Source: Chrysomallon squamiferum (lineage: Eukaryota > Animalia > Mollusca). Taken from it: 64,000 bases of DNA. The stretch covers positions 9,362,001-9,426,000 of the forward strand of contig CM022675.1 of NCBI GenBank assembly GCA_012295275.1, in the 5' to 3' direction. This document shows positions 14,592 through 29,159 of the stretch, in pieces (the stretch's first letter is position 1; each line of letters begins with the position of its first letter). The notes below the pieces were generated by a model. It was not told the DNA's origin. It saw only the letters and a program-made list of their open reading frames with translations, and ran no database searches. Position numbers and translations under genes: made by a program.

Positions 14592-14626
14592 AATTCATTT
14601 TATTTATTTATTTATTTATTTATTTA

Positions 14627-14692
<66 letters not shown>

Positions 14693-15047
14693 TAAAATTC
14701 ATTTCAGGAGGGGCGGGGTTTTATACTGACAAAATGGACACTCTTTTTGGTCCTCGGAATTTGTAGAAAAATTTCATTCAGTTGGAGTTATTTCGTTCAC
14801 ATGCCAGGTAACTGGTCACTCGTGTATGTCCACTACTGGACGGCCAAACATCCTCTCACACAGGTCATTTCAACACTGGATATTTTTATCTGTGCCAAAT
14901 TCCTTTGAACTATATAACCATGAATTTCAGTCATGTCTCATGTTTATTCATTGACCAACGACCTTAAAGGTTACCGGTAATAGTACAAATAAATAGTCTA
15001 GTAAAGTAAAATTGTGCTTGAAATTTATTTTTTTGAACTTTATTTTG

Positions 15048-15137
<90 letters not shown>

Positions 15138-15922
15138 TATATTATTATTTTATATATTATTTCGGCTACCTATCATCTATCATATCAAAGTATGACAATA
15201 TGATAAAACTGCTACTGAAAAAGAAACACTGAATGCCCGTTCATAAGTGACGTCATATCGTACAATGCGGTGAGGCAACTGTTATTATTAATGTTGTTAC
15301 GGTTGCTCTTGTTGTTATTATTAATTCATTTGTATTTCTTTTGGGTTTTTTTAATTGTACATAACGTAATTATTTATTTATTTAATTATTTATCTATTAT
15401 TATTATGATTATTATTATTATTATTATTATTATTATGCATATTCATATTTCTTGTAATTTTCATCATAATATTATAAACAATCTATATAAATATTTCTTT
15501 GTATCTTTTTTCTTTCTTCTCCTTCTTCTTTTTCTTGTCAAAAATAAAACAACAATTCTGAGATCAGCAAGAAGAATTTTTGTATACATTTCTGTGGAAT
15601 TCGGTGGGGTACGGTTTTTGCGTGGGAGGGGACTTGGCAAAACTTGAAAAATTCCATCGGTCTGATTTATTTTGTTCACGTGCCAATGTTTTAGATGCTA
15701 ATGTTTATAAATTTGTTACAAGTACACAGAAGGAACATACTGCAACCATAGAAACACTGAGAACAAAACAGATACACAGAAACTGTCTATCAGTCTCTCT
15801 ATCGATTTGTCTGTTTATCCACCTATCTATCTACACATCAGTCCATTCATCCACCCATCCATCTATCTATCTATCTATATAATCTATCTATCTGTCCATC
15901 CATCCATCCATCTATCTATCTA

Positions 15923-15963
<41 letters not shown>

Positions 15964-15995
15964 ATAATCTATCTATCTACCTGTCTATCTGTCTA

Positions 15996-16100
<105 letters not shown>

Positions 16101-16370
16101 CTATCTATCTATCTATCTATCTATCTATATGTCTGTCTGTCTGTATTATTGTTATAACTGTTACAGTAGTAATTGAGGTTTCATTCACATACCGCTTCAG
16201 TTTCATGTTGTTATTTTATTTAAAATGTAATTAGTTTCAAGTTAACCTGCTAACACTCAAACACACTGTCGCTGAGACGTAAAACCACGCGAACGCACAG
16301 ATATACACCCGTACGCACAGACGTGAAGAAACATACAAACAATAAATAATGAACAGAACAAAGTTGAAAA

Positions 16371-16401
<31 letters not shown>

Positions 16402-18353
16402 GGAATAAAAAACCTCACATAAAGAAACAACAACATCAACAATAACAACAACAACAAAACAAAAAAAACAAACAAACACAACATCAACAGAAAACAATAA
16501 ATACAAACAAAAAAACCCCTCCTAAACCCCCAAAGAAATAAAATCAAAAAAGGAATAAATTTAAGAAAATAAATAAATAATTTTAAAAATCTGCAACAAG
16601 CATTACAAATATAAATGATATAACATACAGGAATAAATATAAGAAAAAAAAAAGAACATCAACGAAAAACACCAACAACCTAAAAAAAAAAAAAAAAAGA
16701 AAACAAAGCAACAAAAAAAAGCACACAAACAAACGAACAAAACAAACAACAACTAAAAAGACTTAAACGTTAACAGTTACAAAAACTAAATCTATAAATG
16801 TCGTCACTTTTTAAAACTTACAGTCAAACTTCTTTATATAACTGTGGCTCAACTGATTTTGCTGTTGCAACGAACTGGGTGGTATAAGGATTTTTCTTAG
16901 ATTACGAATTGTTACGTGTATCAAATTTCACAACCGGTGTAACTGAAAATACGACGACGATAACGATTCCGACGACAATAATGATGATGATGATGAAGTT
17001 GTTGTCGTTCGTCTTTGTTGTTGCAGATACAAATTCCCACTGTGATGTTCGAATTTTATTCATTCATTCATTCATTATTTATTTATTTAATTAATTATAG
17101 CTAAGGAAAACCGCGTCGTGTGAAATTTACAAATGTGATGCGCACGAACGTGAAACATAACTTGGAAAAAACAGAGAGAGAGAGTCCAAGTTCAGGCGTA
17201 CCTGGAAATCGGAAATGATTGAATAGTCATTAAATAATAATGAGATTCAAAATGTACAAACGAGGGACGTTATATATTTTGATTTTAAAATGCAATAATT
17301 TTTTTTTATTTTTTTTTTAAATGGGCGGAGAAATTACATTCGACTTATTGTTAAATTCGTTATTTTTGAAAAAAAAAAAAAAAAAAAAAAAAATAGCCAA
17401 AAAAAAAAAAAAAAAAAAAAAAAAACGAACAACAAAAACCAAAAAACCCCCAACAGCTAAACAATACGCACTTGTTTCCATTGTTATTGCATTTCACAGT
17501 CGATTCCATTCATACATTCGGTTTTCTCGAGTCCCATTCAGAGTAATGTAACTTTATTTCAGCGCCACCTACTCTTGCACAAAAAGGTCTTTGTGGTGTT
17601 CGGTTGTGAAAGGTGGAATTTAAGAACGAGACAATATTTTTTAAAAGTACAGACTAAAACTGTTGCAAAGAAAAAAAGTGCGTGTATATGTGTGCATGTG
17701 TGTTTGTGTGTATTTTATATATATATATATACATATACACTCACACACAAAATATAGGTAAATATTCATTCACACCCTTTTGGCCGTACAGGTAACAAAG
17801 ACTGTATTGTGTAAAAGAGAAATGATTCATCTTCGAAAATCGATTTGCCATTGCCGATAAGGTATCGCTGATAACAGCACGATATCAGCCTGCATTACGC
17901 AGGCACAGTCGTACCATTGTGAACGGGGTAAAAAAACAGGTATGACATATTTTTATTAGCGGATGGACCTGGAGAAGTCAAATCCAACCCGGATTACATT
18001 TTAATTTTTTTTTTTTTGTTTGTTTTTTTCAACGAAACATTCTCCCGTTTTACAATTCGAACCGATAAGAAAACAGTGAAGTGTTATTCGTCTATGACGT
18101 CATTACGTCCTTATCACGTATTTATCTAATTGAGGTCACGAGGTCACCAGCCACAGAGACGGTAACGCCCCCCTTAGACAAAGTTTGTTTCTTTTTGTTG
18201 GTAAAAATATTTCCTATTATCTGAGTAATTTAAAAAAAAAAAAAGTAATAATAAAATAATAATAATAAAAAAAATAATGTAAAAAATGACGTGAATTTTT
18301 CGTTTAATGTTCGGAATCAAAATATTTTTTGTGTTTAACATCACGTTTTCACA

Positions 18354-18442
<89 letters not shown>

Positions 18443-18730
18443 TATATTTGTATATATATTTGTGTGTGTATGTTGAATTATTTTATTAATTACGTTCTTC
18501 CTAATACTATGTTGTTTAATGAAATGAATGAATTATTTCCTTATGGATTACAAAACTAGAATGATAAATAAATATGGAAACTGAAACTTAAATATATATA
18601 TATATATATATATAAGAAATAAAGAGAAAGAAAAAAGATATAGAATGAAAAATGAGAAAAGAAAGAAAGAAAGGAAAACTAAAGAAAATGAAACAAAGAG
18701 AAAGAAAAAAGAAAGATGAAGAAAGAAAAT

Positions 18731-18839
<109 letters not shown>

Positions 18840-19341
18840 AAGAAACAAAGAAAATTACTTTGAAAGTGATAACGAAACATGAAATACTGCAAACTGACGT
18901 AAAACTATAATTTAAAAACAAAGGCTCCAGCCAAAAAAAGAAAAGCTCGATTATTCCGCCATTAAGTGTGGGCGGTTGCTTTCCAAGAAACCGACGCGGA
19001 GTTATAAACACGAAACTGATGATGTTAATAGTTACAGTCAATTTAGCGGCCACATTTAAAGTGTTGTTCTTTTTACCACTTTTAGCTATTTTATTTCAAG
19101 ATATCCGGTCGTAATGTTGTAAGAACTGTCGGCCATATTGATTCATTCGTGAAAAAAAAAAAAAAAAACAAAAACGACGTTGTATCGATCCGTCATAATT
19201 GTTAAACCAACATGGCCGTTTCCATTTCCAATTGACGTCGTCTTCGTTTTTACTATTTTAAAACGAGTCAACAACGTTTCAGTGGACGATAAGCTAATCA
19301 TTCTGTCAGGTTCTAACAAGTTATTTTTAATAATGAAAAAG

Positions 19342-19395
<54 letters not shown>

Positions 19396-19458
19396 AAAAG
19401 GCAAAGAAAAAAAACAAACACCAGAGAACGAAAGATGTAGATAAGACAGAAGTCGAGC

Positions 19459-19501
<43 letters not shown>

Positions 19502-19606
19502 GTTATTATTATTGTTATTATTACTGTTATTGTTATTATAACTACTCCTTGCATCATCATCATCATTATTATTGTTATTATTCATTCATTCATTCATTAT
19601 TTTAAA

Positions 19607-19680
<74 letters not shown>

Positions 19681-20854
19681 TGTTATTTAAAAAAAAAAAA
19701 TGTTCATTCATTTATCCATTCATTATATTTAATTTGCTTCATGTCAAAATAAAATATGAGATAAAATGACGCCCGGAAATTAACGAATGAAATTTAAATA
19801 CTTGTATATACCTTTTAGGGAACAGAAACACTACTGGTATTTTTTAAGAGCAGTTTCTGGAACGGAAAATAAATTAAAAGATATAAGTAATTTGATTTAG
19901 AAGAATGCAAATAATCCATGAAAAACTGATATAGAGTAATCTCCCTTTAACTACGATTTTTATATTGATATTAATTTAGTTACATATGCAAATACAAACT
20001 TTGTCTGGGATATTACACGTACCACAAACACACACAAGCACAAACAAGCACACACACACTACCATGCGCACTGTTAAATATGTACGACCGTATGATTGAT
20101 GAAATTAAAAAACGAGCGAATATTTATTTAATATTTAATTTAACTGTTGATTTTGTTCAAACGAAAAGCTTTTATATAACAGGTATAACAAAATAATAAT
20201 AATAATAAATATGATTATGATAAATAAAAAAAAACCTACGAAAAAAACAACAAAAGAAAACCTCCACAAAAAATGTCCAAAAAAAAAAAAAAAAAAAAAA
20301 GAAAAAAGAAAAGAAGCAGATAAAAAACAAAACAAAAGAAGAACACTTCTAGATATAGTAATTTTAAAATACTTCGAAAGGTCAAATAATGTTCTGTTTA
20401 TTAGAGTGATTTCCCTTCGATATAATTTCCAGAGTTACTGGCCTTTGCAGATTTGATTATTATAGTGAGGGAAAATGTCAACAAACACGCAGATTTCAGT
20501 TTTAGTTTAATAATCGATACATACTTCGATATGTAGAGATCATTAATATCATCATCATAAACATCGACATCATTCTTCATGATCATCGTCATTATTGTTG
20601 TTGTTGCTGTTGTTGTTATTATTTTTTTTTTTTTGTAAATTTGTGTTTTGCAGTAATAATAAATTATATTATCGCCAAAGATGAATAAAGAAAGATGAAT
20701 AAAAGCAAAGAAAAATAAATAAATAAATAATAAAATGAAATAAATGAATGTAAAATGAAACGAAATTAAAAAAATAAAATAAAATAAAATAAAATACATG
20801 GGCCTGAAGCAACACTCTATAGTCAATTTCATATCTTACTCGACCTAACTGTAA

Positions 20855-21258
20855 ATGTCGCTTTAGTCACCATGCACTTTACAAGCAAGTTTGACATGTC
20901 ATTTTAGTCACCAAGCACTTTACAAGCAAGTTGTAAAAGTCGTTTCTGTCACCAAGAACTTTACAAGCAAGTTTGACATGTCATTTTAGTCACCAAGCAC
21001 TTTATAAGCAAGCTTCTTATGTCGATTCTGTCACGAAGCAATTTACACGAAACTTTTATATTCAATTTTGGCACAAGCAGGCACAAGCAAATTGTAAATG
21101 TCGTTTCTGTCACCAAGTATTTTACAAGCAAATTTTTTATGTCATCTCTGTCACCAAGCATTTTACAAGCAAGTTTTATATGTCATCTCTGTCACCAAAC
21201 AGTTTACAAGCAAGTTTTATATGTCATCTCTGTCACCAAACAGTTTACAAGCAAGTTT
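20855..21258. repeat. 41-bp minisatellite, about 9-10 copies
   Basis: Consensus atgtcatctctgtcaccaa(ac/gc)a(g/t)tttacaagcaagttttat; the last copies are near-identical. Confidence 0.95.
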
Positions 21259-21559
21259 CGGTTTTATTTTTTTTTTTTTTTTTTTTTTTTGACCAGTGAT
21301 CACTGAAGCGAAAATTCTTCAAGGTTTACATTATTCGTGGCACAGATGAAAATTTGTGAATGCAAAAAAAAAAAAAAAAAAAAAAAAGCTCCATTCGGAG
21401 AAAGTCTTGTCAAAAACTTGGCAACATTCCAATTATTGTTGTTCAAAAAAAAAAAAAAATTTTTTTTTTTTTACATTCATTGTACGGTCATTGTGGCCAT
21501 TTTTACTAACTACCTGCATTCAAAAGCCGATTGTAGATTTCTTTTTTTTTTTTTTTTTT

Positions 21560-21890
21560 ACCTGCGACGAAATTACAACACAGGCTTCGAGAAACACGAC
21601 GGCACAGGTGATTGACGTTGTCAATCAATACACCGACTCCCCGCGGGGTTTTAAGCCCCGCCCCGTATTTTTGAGCCGACAGGTTTGCCTTGCAATAGTG
21701 AACTTTAATGACCATGTAGTTACTGCGGCAGGTCAGAACTGGGAGATTACAACCGTACTTTGGCGCCATCTGAAACAAACCTTGTGCAAGATGATGTCTC
21801 TTAACATCGAGGATACGAACCTACACATTTTACGGATACCCCAACCATACTGACGAATCGTTTGTGCGTTATACGGAGTTACCTTATCGG

Positions 21891-21949
<59 letters not shown>

Positions 21950-22024
21950 ATAAGAAAAAAAAAAAAAAAAAAAAATAGAATTTACAGTTTGTGTGTTTAG
22001 TGTGTGCGTCTATGTATCCCCACC
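21560..22024 (+). promoter_or_regulatory. Putative promoter and 5' UTR of the SOSTDC1-like gene
   Basis: CpG-rich island directly upstream of exon 1. Contains inverted TGATTGAC pair (21609-21627), CCCCGCGGGG palindrome (21639-21648), GC box GCCCCGCCCC (21655-21664), TGGCGCCA (21761-21768) and poly(A) tract (21894-21975). Confidence 0.65.
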
Positions 22025-22175
22025 ATGTTTTTAGACCTGGGGAGAAGTGTGCTTACTTTTCTACTGTGGTGTGTCTTTTTGCCCGCCGTGGCGGGCAGAA
22101 GTGCAAGTAAATCAGTGAAAAATTCAGACAGAAACTCAACGGGGAATGAGGAAATTAATAATCATTTTCTGCCAG
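22025..22175 (+). CDS. SOSTDC1: Sclerostin/SOSTDC1-like gene, coding exon 1 (signal peptide + N-terminal arm, 50 codons + 1 nt)
   Basis: caccATG Kozak context. Translates MFLDLGRSVLTFLLWCVFLPAVAG/RSASKSVKNSDRNSTGNEEINNHFLP: hydrophobic core, small-residue (V-A-G) cleavage site and an NST sequon. Ends CCAG|gtttgt in phase 1, the phase exon 2 requires (G+AA = Glu). It is below the ORF-track length cutoff. Confidence 0.88.
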
Positions 22176-23034
22176 GTTTGTAAATGGTACAGTTTTGGTT
22201 AATTTTGAATTTGTAATATTATTATGATTATTACTATTGTTATTATTATTATTATTATTATTGTTATTATTATTGTTGTTGTTATCATTATTATTATTAC
22301 TATTATTACTATTATAATTATTATTGTTATTCGTTTTATTATTATTATTGTTATTATTTTTATTTTATTTTTAAAACGTGTGTGTATATCTCAGTGTTAG
22401 TCTATTCGTTTTCCCTTTATGCACAAATATTCGATGTCGTTGCTTTCTCAATTTGTGTCAACATGTGCAAAAAACAAACCAAACAAACAAAAAAAAACAA
22501 ACAAAAAAAAGCTCAAAAACGTTGCATTAATGCACGTGCGTATGACGTAACGACACAGTTGTATTAGTTCACGCGTCGCCTACCCTTGCACACTGCAGTC
22601 ATGGACGATGTCGTTGTCTAGTCTTTCTATATCTCCTATTCGTTGACCATGTGTTTTTCTAGGTACGTGTGCCCATCCCAGATTCATTCGAGTTCGCTGA
22701 AGGTTGACCCCCAACCTTTCAAACAGTATTGCTTACAGTACTGTTCTCTCTGCGATAGTACTATTAGCAATACCGAGCAGCTTTCTGCGTTCACGAGAAA
22801 CGTCACACGAACGAATAGCAATAATTACAACCTCCATTTATCTGTGTGTGTGCTGTTTCACTTTAAAAAAAAAAAATTAATAATGAAAAAAAACCCAACA
22901 AGAAAACTTCTTTCTTTCTTTTTAAAAAAAAAATTCATTAATGTTTTATTTACAGTTTTAAATCCTACGCATTGCCACGAATTTTTGTGTATATTACCTG
23001 TGCGATAGAACAGCTTATTTCGCCACATAAAGAC

Positions 23035-23083
<49 letters not shown>

Positions 23084-23355
23084 TTGAAAGAGATCTGTTT
23101 TGTTCCAAGTAGCTGCAGTGAACGAACTAGTTTTGACCTCGTTTGAAACATCTGCGTGCAAACGCGTTAAATCGTCCACCCGTTTATGAATGAACGAAAC
23201 ACTCGTTCATTATTTGTATTTTATACTGTGTAATACAGATAAGTATGTAAATACCCGTACAGTGTTATATATTAGCATATTAATACACGCATGCATACAT
23301 GCATATATACATGCATCCATACATACATACATAATACGTGCACATATACATACAC

Positions 23356-23446
<91 letters not shown>

Positions 23447-23970
23447 CACACACACATATACATTTATATATATTAATAAATACATGCATACATACATACA
23501 TACATACATACATACATACATTCATACATATATTCATAAATACATACATACATACTTGGATACATACATAAACATACATTTAAAATCCAAATTTAAAAAG
23601 GTTTAGATACACATGCGTGTATTTTCATTAACTTAAAATTAGGCACGTATATATAAAATAAACATGTATATATATATATACCCAAGCATACACAGAACAC
23701 GCACACACACACACGTATGCACGTGTATATATGTGTGTGTGTGTATGTATGTATGTATCTGTGTGTGTCTGTGTGTGTGTGTGTGTGTGTACATACACCT
23801 AAAACACACACACATACTGACACGAATTCATATTCAGTGACAATGCACTGAATAGAGTTGTGTATCTACGACTAACACAAATGTTTTGTGAGAGTGTTTA
23901 ATTTATTTTACGTACATAGCGTGAATTCAACAACGCAGTATAATACAGGCAGGGCGGTTCGAAACGAGTC

Positions 23971-24053
23971 GGAGGGTGGATGGGGGTGGTGGGGGTGCAA
24001 GGGGGTGGGTGGGGGGTGTTTGTGGGGGGGGTTGGGGGTTGTTGGGGTTGGGG
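23971..24053 (+). other. G-rich tract with G-quadruplex potential
   Basis: About ten runs of three or more G within ~85 nt, in an otherwise very AT-rich background. Confidence 0.7.
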
Positions 24054-25189
24054 TAGCTGAGGTTCATTCTGAAATGAATTGGAGGGTAGGAAGGGGATTA
24101 TAACAGATCTGTTTTTGGGGGTTATACCTGAGATGGTGGTTTTATGTAAGGTTAAGATTATTTTAGGAACAAATGAGAGAATGGGACTTTTTTTTTTTTT
24201 TAGGAATAAATTTTTTTTTTTTTAGGAATAAATTAGAGGATTGTTTTAGAAATTAGAGAGTGGTTTGAGAATTTGAGAATAAGGAGGATTGTTTTAGAAA
24301 TAAATTTATAGGTGGTTAGATATTAGGTTGTTTCAGGGAAGCCTGGACTTTTTTTTTTAATTCAGGAATGACTGAGAGTGTGATTTCAGGAAAGTTATGA
24401 CGGACTTAGAAATTCATAATTATTTTAGTGGAAACTAAACAAATGTAAAACCTTCTCAGAAATGAATGTTAGGGTTATTTTAAGCAAAAACCTCGACTGA
24501 TTCAGAAATCAATAAGAGGATGATTTACAGGAAGCCATATTATAATATATGCATTATGTGTGTGTGTGTGTGTGTGTATACATATGTATGTATATATGTA
24601 TGAATTTATGCATGCATGCATGCATGTAATGTGTATGTATGTGTGTGTATGTCTATAATTTGTCAATGTGTGCTTGTATGTATTAGAGTGTTGATTATAT
24701 ATTATACATTGTAAGATATATTATTTGAATTATCCAACTTCTATACTTCATACAAGTGAAATCATTTGAATTATTGAAATTGTCTTGATTATATGCCATG
24801 CACATTAATTCAAACTGTTAGCTTTGCTATGGTGTCTGCTATACATACCAAGTAATCGAATGTTTAATTTTACTATGGCATAATTATATCAAACATAAAA
24901 TTACCAAATATTTAATTTTACTATAGTACATAATATACTCATGAATTATTCGAATATTTGATTTTGCTGTTGTATATATCATGAATATGAATTTATTACA
25001 TATATAATTTTGCTATGGAATATACCATGATATTTAAATTCATCACTGCATTATGATTTGTAACATGCATAGGAGGTTCAATAGGTATTAATGTAAAACT
25101 CTGTTTAGCATTTTCACATATAATTATCTGTTTACTCAAAAATTTATTATAGTACATACCATAAAAAGAGGTTGTTTCAATTGCTTAAT

Positions 25190-25970
25190 ATAGTATGAAG
25201 TGAAATTATTTCAGTTATGCAATTTATTGTGGTAAATATCATGAAGAAAGGTTATTTGAATTATTCAGTTTATGATGGTAAATATCATGAAACAAGGTTA
25301 TTTTAATTATTCAATTAATATTGGTAAATATCATGAATACATATTATATAATTACTCAATTTATGATGGTAAATATCATGAAGAAATTTATCTGAGTTAC
25401 TCAGTTTATGGTAAATATCATGAAGAAAAATAATTTCAGTTAATCTGTTATGGTAAATTTCATGAAGAAAAGTTATTTCAGTTAATCTGTTATGGTAAAT
25501 GTCATGAAGTCATGTAATTTCCGTTACTTAATTTATTATGATAAATATCATGAACGTTTCCTATTTCAGCTGCTCTGTCTTGGCAAACATTATTATAGTA
25601 AAAATCATGAACTGATATTTTTTCAGTTACTGTGTTATGGTAAATGCCATGAAGTAATATTATTTCATTTGCTTAATTTATTGTGATAAATATCAAGAAC
25701 TGAGATTATTTCAGTTCCTCTCTTGTGGTAATTATCGTGAAGAGATATTATTTCAGTCTCTTATTATAGCAAATAACCTTGAACTGAGGTAATTTCAGTT
25801 CATCAGCTATGGTAGTCATATTTCAGTTAATTAATTTGTTATAGCAAAATATTTTTTATAACAAATATCATGAACTAGTGAATTTTTTTTCAGTCAGTTA
25901 CTATGATATGGTAAATGTCATGAATCAATGAATGTTATTTAATCAATTATGTATAAATATCAAGAATTTC
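25190..25970. repeat. Diverged 42/46-bp minisatellite with GGTAAATATCATGAA core
   Basis: Core at 25231, 25277, 25323, 25368, 25410, 25452, 25494, 25540 and onward. Fainter copies extend left to ~24750. Confidence 0.9.
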
Positions 25971-26081
25971 ACTTCATCAGCTTAAATGAGCTTCAGTACT
26001 TTATAGTGCCTTTTAATCATGGATTTAATTTTGTTTCTTATATTAACTTATTTTTATGTCACATATGGATAAATCTTCTTC

Positions 26082-26115
<34 letters not shown>

Positions 26116-26732
26116 GTTCTTGCTGTTCACATGAATGAAAAGTTAAATTCACCATGCTTCTTAAAGACACAAACAGCGTGATAACTCTGCCAAAAAAAGA
26201 GAGAAAAAAAAAAAAAGAGGAAATTTAAAAATGAAAAGACTGACTCATCTTGTGAATAGAATAACTGGCTGGTAAGCTTTCTGTGTCAGCGAGTGAAACA
26301 CAGGAGATATTGCATTGCAAGCACCTCATGGTCAAGATATGTGTTTTGTTATATTTTTGTGATTTTTTTTTTGTTTGAATCAAAACGGGTTAAAGTTAAT
26401 AGTCGATCAGGGACATGTTGATAGTAAGCAGTGCTGAACTGCAAGAATAAGAAGACAGAAATGTTAAGAAATTTTGTTAGTAATATTTTGTTGTTATCTC
26501 ACAAACGTAAAGTGGCCCCTTTTTTTTATTTATTCTGAATCATCACTGTAATATATACATATCCGTACAAATATACACACAACAACAAAACAACAACACA
26601 CACTCATACATACATACATACATACATACATACATACATACATACATACATTCATACATACATACATATATATAGTATGTATGTATATATATATATACAC
26701 ACATATATAAGATATTTACAACGACATATGTT

Positions 26733-26779
<47 letters not shown>

Positions 26780-26784
26780 TTCAT

Positions 26785-26851
<67 letters not shown>

Positions 26852-27439
26852 TTGGTTCTTAATGTTTGTGTTGATGAATCCACGTAGATACTGAATCTGA
26901 ACGTGTGTATCAAGTAACATAACAAGTGCCTCTCTCGCTGTATTCAGTCAGTGAGTTTTTCAAATTTAAAAATACCTATCTGTGTTATATATTTGTTTGA
27001 CCCATTTTTCACCGTGTATATTCATTCGTACAGCACTGTGCACGGTATCAGTAAAACGCCAGCGTGACATCTTTTAATTTTTCATCATAGAACGACACTC
27101 AGCGTGAAACTGACTTCAATTTAAGAACTAACGAGTCGCTGGTTTTGGAACGAGATGAAGCCCTGTCATATTGTACCATTGAAGCTGTGTCTCTATCTCT
27201 GTGTGTGTGTGTGTGTGTGTGTGTGAATGTGTATGAAAAATCGGTAACACATTAAAATAAAAAAAAAAGAATTAAGAAAAAGAGTTATTAAGAGTTGTTC
27301 TGAAAAGTTCTGTTGGTTGGAACGTGAGAATATGTACATCTCTCTCTCTCCCCGGACGTTACAAATCGTTAAGGTATTGAAAAGTAAAAAAACAGGTTCT
27401 GCTTGTATTTCAAGAATAACTGCATAATATTAGGTGTCT

Positions 27440-28105
27440 GTGTCTTATAGTAAGTAAATGTGCTCCAAGTCTTATAGTGACTATGTATGTACTACGTCTC
27501 AGAGTAACTACGTATACAGTACGTCTTATACCAGATATATAACATATCTTATAACAAATATGTATACAATACGTCGTGTAGTAACTACGTCAATAATACC
27601 GACTTATAGTAACTATATATAAAATACGTCTTATAGTAACTACTTATATAATACGTATTATAGTAACTATATATATATAATACGTCTTATAGTAACTACT
27701 TATATAATACGTCTTATAGTAACTACCTATATAATACATCTTATAGTAACTACCTATATAATACGTCCTATAGTAACTACATATATAATACGTCTTATAG
27801 AGACTACCTATATAATACGTCTTAAAGTAAATACATATATAATACGTCCTATAGTAACTACATCTATAATACGTCTTACAGAATCTACCTATATAATACA
27901 TCTTATAGTAACTACATATATAATACGTCTTATAGAGACTACCTATATAATATCTTTAAAGTAAATACATATATAATACGTCCTATAGTAACTACATATA
28001 TAATACGTCTTATAATAACTACATATATAATACGTCTTATGATATATCTTATAGTAACTACGTATACAATTACGTTTCTACATATCTAATAACGTCTTAT
28101 ATATA
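27440..28105. repeat. 27-bp minisatellite A, more than 20 copies
   Basis: Consensus tatataatacgtcttatagtaactac(a/c). Confidence 0.97.
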
Positions 28106-29159
28106 TATATATATGATATGATTTATAATATATGAATTTAGTATGTTTTGTCGAAACTACATAATTCGAAGTCCAGTTATTATGATTATAAAACTATAAT
28201 TACTACATATATATCATAAGTCATGTAGTAACTATACATATATACAGTTTTTAAGCTCTTATTTTCAATATTTACTCTGCCTATGCACTATCAATACTCT
28301 TCTGCTGTTTGTTTTTTCTGATTTTTTTTTTTAACTGCCGATTTTCAATATTCTCCTTCCCTGTAACAAACTAATTCTTGGCTTCGTTGTATTTAGACTT
28401 AGGTTCACGTAAGGCCACGGAACAATTTTCGTCCGCTGTTTACATCATCAGTTTTGTTAAGTAATGGAATGAACTTCATTCACAATATCCAGATGACTTG
28501 ACATAACAGTCGGCCGTCTTAAAAACAAGCAGTATATGACATCGAATATGTTTAGTGATTATATTAGAAATGTTTTGAAGTTGGCAAAAGACTGAAATTC
28601 AAAGGTTGTTGCTTTATTGATGTTGTTGCTGGTGTTGTCGTCGTCGTTGTTATTGTTGTACTGTGATGAATTAGTTGTGTTTTCTGAATTTACCTCATCG
28701 TCATTACTATCATCATCATTCTTTTAGTTCAGTTAATGTTGTTGTTGGTATTATCATCATCGTCATCATAATAATTATCAACATCATCATCATCATCACC
28801 ATCATCACCATCATCACTGTCGTTGCCGTTGTTATTATTAAAACAATTTTAACATACTCGTTAAGCCTGTGAAATTATACAGTGCGAAATTAGGTTTGAC
28901 CTAATAATTTCGAGTACATTTTACGATATTTTGTACCGATGTATATAGTAACTATATACATGAATATATATATATATGTAAATATTTGTTTATGGATATG
29001 CATATGTACCGACGGATCAATGGCTATACATAGATGTATGTTAGTCCTGAATAATAAGACATGTAATATGTCTTGTAGTAACACTATGCGGTGTTTGCCC
29101 TACAGTAACTATGCGTATAATGCAGCCTATATGTACTATGTGGTATCAATATACTAAAT

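Noticed and set aside
21356-21853. 165-aa ORF over the promoter island
   Set aside because: Starts in poly(A/T) with no homology. Only the final ATG-initiated 20 codons are kept as a possible uORF.
22077-22100. GC hairpin tgcccgc-cgtg-gcgggca resembling a terminator or Helitron end
   Set aside because: It lies inside coding exon 1 (LPAVAGR) and is explained by the codons.
25190-25970. CRISPR-like look: conserved 15-bp core with variable intervening sequence
   Set aside because: The intervening segments are homologous to each other (ttatttcagtta), the context is a eukaryotic intron, and there are no cas genes. It is a diverged minisatellite.
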